From Eledone cirrhosa (taxonomy: Eukaryota), in assembly GCA_964016885.1 (NCBI GenBank), contig OZ024740.1:419058001-419122000 (forward strand): 64,000 nucleotides of DNA. Reading direction: 5' to 3'. The position numbers were made by a program, and so were the translations under genes. The notes below the pieces were generated by a model. That model worked only from the letters and a program-made list of their open reading frames with translations, ran no database searches and was not told where the DNA came from. Shown one piece after another: positions 55,301 to 64,000 of the stretch. How positions within the stretch are numbered: the stretch's first letter is position 1; each line of letters opens with the position of its first letter.

Positions 55301-58300
55301 CTATATAGTCAACTAAATTATACCACCCTATATAGTCAATATACTAAACTCTTCCTACACTATATAGTCAACTAAACTATACCTACCCTATATAGTCAAT
55401 ATACTAAACTATACCCACCCTATATAGTCAACTAAGCTATACCTACCGTATATAGTCAACTAGACTATACCTACCCTATATAGTTAACTAAACTATACCC
55501 ACCTATAGAGTCAACTAAACTATACCTACCCTATATAGTTAACTAAACTATACCTACCCTATATAGGTAACTAAACTATACCACCCTATATAGTCAATAT
55601 ACTAAACTATACCCACCCTATATAGTCAACTAAACTATACCTACCCTATATAGTCAACTAAACTATACCTACCCTATATAGTCAACTAAACTATACCTAC
55701 ACTACATAGTCAACTAAATTATACCTACCCTATATAGTTAACTAAACTATACCCACCCTATATAGGTAACTAAACTATACCACCCTATATAGTCAATATA
55801 CTAAACTATACCTACACTATATAGTCAACTAAACTATACCTACCCTATATAGTCAATATACTAAACTATACCTGCCCTATATAGTCAATTAAACTATACC
55901 TACCCTATATAGTCAACTAAACTATACCCACCCTATATAGTCAATATACTAAACTACACCCACACTATATAGTCAACTAAACTATAGCTACCCTATATAG
56001 TCAACTAAACTATACCTACCCTATATAGTCAACTAAACTATGCCTACCCTATATAGTCAATATACTAAAATGTACCACCCTATATAGTCAAATAAACTAT
56101 ACCCACACTATATAGTCAATATACTAAACTATACCACCCTATATAGTCAATATACTAAACTATAACACCCTATATAGTCAACTAAACTATACCACCCTAT
56201 ATAGTAATTATACTAAACTATACCCATCTTATATAGTCAACTAAACTATACTCCCCCTATATAGTTAATTAAACTATACCTACCCTATATAGTTAACTAA
56301 ACTATACCTACCCTAAATAGTCAATATACTAATCTATACACCCTATATAGTCAACAAAACTATACCTACCCTATATAGTCAATATACTAAACTATACCCA
56401 CCCTATATAGTCAACTAAACTATACCTACCCTTTATAGTCAACTAAACTATACCTACCCTATATAGTTAACTAAACTATACCCACCCTATATAGTCAACA
56501 AACTATAGCTACCCTATATAGTTAACTAAACTATACCTACCCTATATAGTTCACTAAACTATACCTACCCGATATAGTAAACTAAACTATACCTACCCTA
56601 TATAGTCAATATACTAAACTATACCTACCTTATATAGTTAATTAAACTATACCTACCCTATATAGTTAACTAAACTATACTACCCTATATAGTCAATATA
56701 CTAAACTATAACACCCTATATAGTCAATATACTAAACTATACCCACCCTATATAGTCAACTAAACTATACCTACCCTATATAGTCAATATACTAAACTAT
56801 ACCAACTTATATAGTCAACTAAACGATACCTACCCTACATAGTCAACTAAACTATACCTACTCTATATAGTCAACTAAACTATACCTACCCTATATAGTT
56901 AACTCAACTATACCCACACTATATAGTCAACTAAACTATACCACCCTATATAGTCAATATACTAAACTATACCACCTCATTTAGTCAAATAAACTATACC
57001 AACCCTATATAGTCAACAAAACTATACCACCCTATATAGTCAATATACTAAACTATACCAACTTATATAGTCAACTAAACGATACCTACCCTACATAATC
57101 AACTAAACTATACCTGCCCTATATAGTCAACTAAACTATACCTACCCTATGTAGTTAACTGAACTATACCCACCCTATATAGTAAATACACTAAACTATA
57201 CCCACCCTATATAGTCAACTAAACTATACCCACCCTATATATTCACTTTACTAAACTATACCCACCCTATATAGTCAATATATTAAACTATACCACCCTA
57301 TATAGTCAATATAATAAACTATACCACCCTACATAGTCAACTAAACTATACCCACCCCATATAGTCACTTTACAAAACTATACCCACCGTATATAGTCAA
57401 CTAAACTATATCCACCTTATATAGTCAACTAAACTATACCTACCCTATATAGTCAACTAAACTATACCTACCGTATATAGTCAACTAAACTATATCCACC
57501 TTATATAGTCAACTAACCTATACCTACCCTATATAGTCAACTAAACTATACCTACCGTATATAGTCAACTAAACTATACCCACCTTCTATAGTCAACTAA
57601 ACTATACCTACCCTATATAGTCAACTAAACTATACCCACCCTATATAGTTAACTAAACTACACCTACCCTATATAGTCAATATACTAAACTATATCCACC
57701 CTATATAGTCAACTAAACTATATCTACACTATATAGTCACTTTACTAAACTATACCCACCCTATATAGTAAATATACTAAACTAAACTTACCCTAGATAG
57801 TCAACTAAACTATACCTACCCTATATATTCAACTAAACTATACCTACCCTATATACTCAATATACTAAACTGTACCACCCTATATATTCAACTAAACTAT
57901 ACCACCCTATATAGTCAATATACTAAACTATACCCACCCTATATAGTCAACTAAACTATACCTACCCTATATAGTCAATATACTAAACTATACCCACCCT
58001 ATATAGTCAACTAAACTATACCTACCGTATATAGTCAACTAGACTATACCTACCCTATATAGTTAACTAAACTATACCCACCTATAGAGTCAACTAAACT
58101 ATACCTACCCTATATAATTAACTAAACTATACCTACCCTATATAGGTAACTAAACTATACCACCCTATATAGTCAATATACTAAACTATACCCACCCTAT
58201 ATAGTCAACTAAACTATACCTACCCTATATAGTCAACTAAACTATACCTACCCTATATAGTCAACTAAACTATACCTACACTACATAGTCAACTAAATTA

Positions 58301-61300
58301 TACCTACCCTATATAGTTAACTAAACTATACCACCCTATATAGTCAATATACTAAACTATACCTACACTATATAGTCAACTAAACTATACCTACCCTATA
58401 TAGTCAATATACTAAACTATACCTGCCCTATATAGTCAATTAAACTATACCTACCCTATATAGTCAACTAAACTATACCCACCCTATAGAGTCAATATAC
58501 TAAACTACACCCACACTATATAGTCAACTAAACTATAGCTACCCTATATAGTCAGTTAAACTATACCACCCTATATAGTGAATATACTAAACTATACCTA
58601 CACTATATAGTCATCTAAACTATACACACCCTATATAGTCACTTACTAAACTATAGCCTCCCTATATAGTCAACTAAACTATACCACCCCATATAGTCAA
58701 CTAAACTATACCACCCCATATAGTCAACTAAACTATACCTACCCTATATAGTTATCTAAACTATACCTACCCTAAATACTCAATATACTAAACTATACCA
58801 CCCTATATAGTCAATTAAACTATACCTACCCTATATGGTCAACTAAACTATACCCACTCTATATAGTTAACAAAACTATAGCTACCATATATAGTCAACT
58901 AAAATATACCACCCTATATAGTCAATGTACTAAACTATAACCAACCTATATAGTCAACTAAACTATACCACACTATATAGTTAACTAAACTATACGTACC
59001 TTATATAGTCAACTAAACTATACCTACCCTATATAGTTAACTAAACTATACCCACCTATATAGTCAACTAAACTATACCTACCCTATATGGTTAACTAAA
59101 CTATACCTACCCTATATAGTCAATTTACAAAACTATACCACCTTATATAGTCAACTAAACTATACGTACACTATATAGTCAACTAAACTATACCTACCCT
59201 ATATAGTCAACTAAACTATACCTACCCTATATAGTCAATATACTAAACTATACCAACTTATATAGTCAACTAAACGATACCTACCCTACATAGTCAACTA
59301 AACTATACCTACTCTATATAGTCAACTAAACTATACCTACCCTATATAGTTAACTCAACTATACCCACACTATATAGTCAACTAAACTATACCACCCTAT
59401 ATAGTCAATATACTAAACTATACCACCTCATTTAGTCAACTAAACTATACCAACCCTATATAGTCAACAAAACTATACCACCCTATATAGTCAATATACT
59501 AAACTATACCAACTTATATAGTCAACTAAACGATACCTACCCTACATAGTCAACTAAACTATACCTACCCTACATAGTCAACTAAACTATACCTGCCCTA
59601 TATAGTCAACTAAACTATACCTACCCTATGTAGTTAACTGAACTATACCCACCCTATATAGTCAATATACTAAACTATACCCGCTCTATATAGTCAACTA
59701 AACTATAGCTACCCTATATATCAACTAAACTATACCTACCCTATATAGTCAACTAAACTATACCTACCCTATGTAGTTAATTGAACTATACCCACCCTAT
59801 ATAGTAAATACACTAAACTATACCCACCCTATATAGTCAAATAAACTATACCCACCCTATATATTCACTTTACTAAACTATACCCACCCTATATAGTCAA
59901 TATATTAAACTATACCACCCTATATAGTCAATATAATAAACTATACCACCCTACATAGTCAACTAACCTATACCCACCCCATATAGTCACTTTACAAAAC
60001 TATACCCACCGTATATAGTCAACTAAACTATACCACCCTATATAGTAAATATACTAAACTATACCTACCCTATATAGTCAACTAAACTATACCTACCCTA
60101 TATAGTCAACTAAACTATACCAACCCTATATAGTTAACTAAACTATACCTACCCTATATAGGTAACTAAACTATACCACCCTATATAGTCAATATACTAA
60201 ACTATACCCACCCTATATAGTCAACTAAACTATACCCACCCTATATAGTCAACTAAACTATATCCACCTTATATAGTCAACTAAACTATACCTACCCTAT
60301 ATAGTCAACTAAACTGTACCTACCGTATATAGTCAACTAAACTATACCCACCTTCTATAGTCAACTAAACTATACCTACCCTATATAGTCAACTAAACTA
60401 TACCCACCCTATATAGTTAACTAAACTATACCTACCCTATATAGTCAATATACTAAACTATACCCACCCTATATAGTCAACTAAACTATATCTACACTAT
60501 ATAGTCACTTTACTAAACTATACCCACCCTATATAGTAAATATACTAAACTAAACTTACCCTATATAGTCAACTAAACTATACCTACCCTATATATTCAA
60601 CTAAACTATACCTACCCTATATACTCAATATACTAAACCGTACCACCCTATATATTCAACTAAACTATACCACCCTATATAGTCAATATACTAAACTATA
60701 CCCACCCTATATAGTCAACTAAACTATACCACCCTATATAGTCAATATACTAAACTCTTCCTACACTATATAGTCAACTAAACTATACCTACCCTATATA
60801 GTCAATATACTAAACTATACCCACCCTATATAGTCAACTAAACTATACCTACCGTATATAGTCAACTAGACTATACCTACCCTATATAGTTAACTAAACT
60901 ATACCCACCTATAGAGTCAACTAAACTATACCTACCCTATATAGTTAACTAAACTATACCTACCCTATATAGGTAACTAAACTATACCACCCTATATAGT
61001 CAATATACTAAACTATACCCACCCTATATAGTCAACTAAACTATACCTACCCTATATAGTCAACTAAACTATACCTACCCTATATAGTCAACTAAACTAT
61101 ACCACCCTATATAGTAAATATACTAAACTATACCTACCCTATATAGTCAACTAAACTATACCTACCCTATATAGTCAACTAAACTATACCTACCCTATAT
61201 AGTTAACTAAACTATACCTACCCTATATAGGTAACTAAACTATACCACCCTATATAGTCAATATACTAAACTATACCCACCCTATATAGTCAACTAAACT

Positions 61301-64000
61301 ATACCTACCCTATATAGTCAACTAAACTATATCCACCTTATATAGTCAACTAAACTATACCTACCCTATATAGTCAACTAAACTATACCTACCGTATATT
61401 GTCAACTAAACTATACCCACCTTCTATAGTCAACTAAACTATACCTACCCTATATAGTCAACTAAACTATACCCACCCTATATAGTTAACTAAACTATAC
61501 CTACCCTATATAGTCAATATACTAAACTATACCCACCCTATATAGTCAACTAAACTATATCTACACTATATAGTCACTTTACTAAACTATACCCACCCTA
61601 TATAGTAAATATACTAAACTAAACTTACCCTATATAGTCAACTAAACTATACCTACCCTATATATTCAACTAAACTATACCTACCCTATATACTCAATAT
61701 ACTAAACCGTACCACCCTATATATTCAACTAAACTATACCACCCTATATAGTCAATATACTAAACTATACCTACCCTATATAGTCAACTAAACTATACCT
61801 ACCGTATATAGTCAACTAAACTATATCCACCTTATATAGTCAACTAACCTATACCTACCCTATATAGTCAACTAAACTATACCTACCGTATATAGTCAAC
61901 TAAACTATACCCACCTTCTATAGTCAACTAAACTATACCTACCCTATATAGTCAACTAAACTATACCCACCCTATATAGTTAACTAAACTACACCTACCC
62001 TATATAGTCAATATACTAAACTATATCCACCCTATATAGTCAACTAAACTATATCTACACTATATAGTCACTTTACTAAACTATACCCACCCTATATAGT
62101 AAATATACTAAACTAAACTTACCCTAGATAGTCAACTAAACTATACCTACCCTATATATTCAACTAAACTATACCTACCCTATATACTCAATATACTAAA
62201 CTGTACCACCCTATATATTCAACTAAACTATACCACCCTATATAGTCAATATACTAAACTATACCCACCCTATATAGTCAACTAAACTATACCTACCCTA
62301 TATAGTCAATATACTAAACTATACCCACCCTATATAGTCAACTAAACTATACCTACCGTATATAGTCAACTAGACTATACCTACCCTATATAGTTAACTA
62401 AACTATACCCACCTATAGAGTCAACTAAACTATACCTACCCTATATAATTAACTAAACTATACCTACCCTATATAGGTAACTAAACTATACCACCCTATA
62501 TAGTCAATATACTAAACTATACCCACCCTATATAGTCAACTAAACTATACCTACCCTATATAGTCAACTAAACTATACCTACCCTATATAGTCAACTAAA
62601 CTATACCTACACTACATAGTCAACTAAATTATACCTACCCTATATAGTTAACTAAACTATACCACCCTATATAGTCAATATACTAAACTATACCTACACT
62701 ATATAGTCAACTAAACTATACCTACCCTATATAGTCAACATACTAAACTATACCTGCCCTATATAGTCAATTAAACTATACCTACCCTATATAGTCAACT
62801 AAACTATACCCACCCTATATAGTCAATATACTAAACTACACCCACACTATATAGTCAACTAAACTATAGCTACCCTATATAGTCAGTTAAACTATACCAC
62901 CCTATATAGTGAATATACTAAACTATACCTACACTATATAGTCAACTAAACTATACACACCCTATATAGTCACTTACTAAACTATAGCCTCCCTATATAG
63001 TCAACTAAACTATACCACCCCATATAGTCAACTAAACTATACCACCCCATATAGTCAACTAAACTATGCCTACCCTATATAGTTATCTAAACTATACCTA
63101 CCCTAAATACTCAATATACTAAACTATACCACCCTATATAGTCAATTAAACTATACCTACCCTATATGGTCAACTAAACTATACCCACTCTATATAGTTA
63201 ACTAAACTATAGCTACCATATATAGTCAACTAAAATATACCACCCTATATAGTCAATGTACTAAACTATAACCAACCTATATAGTCAACTAAACTATACC
63301 ACACTATATAGTTAACTAAACTATACGTACCTTATATAGTCAACTAAACTATACCTACCCTATATAGTTAACTAAACTATACCCACCTATATAGTCAACT
63401 AAACTATACCTACCCTATATGGTTAACTAAACTATACCTACCCTATATAGTCAATTTACAAAACTATACCACCTTATATAGTCAACTAAACTATACGTAC
63501 ACTATATAGTCAACTAAACTATACCTACCCTATATAGTCAACTAAACTATACCTACCCTATATAGTCAATATACTAAACTATACCAACTTATATAGTCAA
63601 CTAAACGATACCTACCCTACATAGTCAACTAAACTATACCTACTCTATATAGTCAACTAAACTATACCTACCCTATATAGTTAACTCAACTATACCCACA
63701 CTATATAGTCAACTAAACTATACCACCCTATATAGTCAATATACTAAACTATACCACCTCATTTAGTCAACTAAACTATACCAACCCTATATAGTCAACA
63801 AAACTATACCACCCTATATAGTCAATATACTAAACTATACCAACTTATATAGTCAACTAAACGATACCTACCCTACATAGTCAACTAAACTATACCTACC
63901 CTACATAGTCAACTAAACTATACCTGCCCTATATAGTCAACTAAACTATACCTACCCTATGTAGTTAACTGAACTATACCCACCCTATATAGTCAATATA
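25306..64000. repeat. Satellite array, 28-bp consensus CTATATAGTCAACTAAACTATACCTACC with 27/31/32-bp variants and higher-order structure
   Basis: Continuous tandem monomers to the window end, interrupted only by LTR copy 3 and one inverted monomer. Confidence 0.98.
25947..27896 (+). mobile_element. Non-autonomous LTR retrotransposon, copy 3 (LTRs 25947-26274 and 27569-27896; TSD TAGT)
   Basis: 328-bp LTRs with about 4 differences by eye; TAGT at 25943-25946 and 27897-27900; PBS from 26276; PPT just before 27569. Confidence 0.96.

Noticed and set aside
25306-64000. CRISPR array or true telomeric repeat
   Set aside because: No unique spacers or cas genes, eukaryotic context; monomer is 27-32 bp, not (TTAGGG)n.

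Overview
Eukaryotic, AT-rich and microsatellite-rich DNA. The SINE/RTE sequences resemble octopus repeats (inference from memory). No host gene can be supported. Bases 1-25,300 are a nest of retroelements: a decayed RTE-clade LINE; a young Penelope-like element (RT + GIY-YIG) built as a 2.3-kb inverted duplication; several non-autonomous Penelope-like or retrozyme-like elements with hammerhead ribozyme cores; and tRNA-derived SINEs. Three copies of a ~2-kb non-coding LTR retrotransposon with 4-bp TSDs are also present, the third inside the satellite. Bases ~25,306-64,000 are a 27-32-bp satellite with kb-scale higher-order repeats. Three observations stand out. (i) The LTR element carries stacked LTR-end/primer-binding-site units containing the 3' half of tRNA-Trp, with a substitution exactly at m1A58. 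(ii) A 626-bp direct-repeat element carries all hammerhead core nucleotides in a non-canonical strand order. (iii) Head-to-head inverted architecture recurs in several unrelated elements. All comparisons were made by eye; no searches were run.
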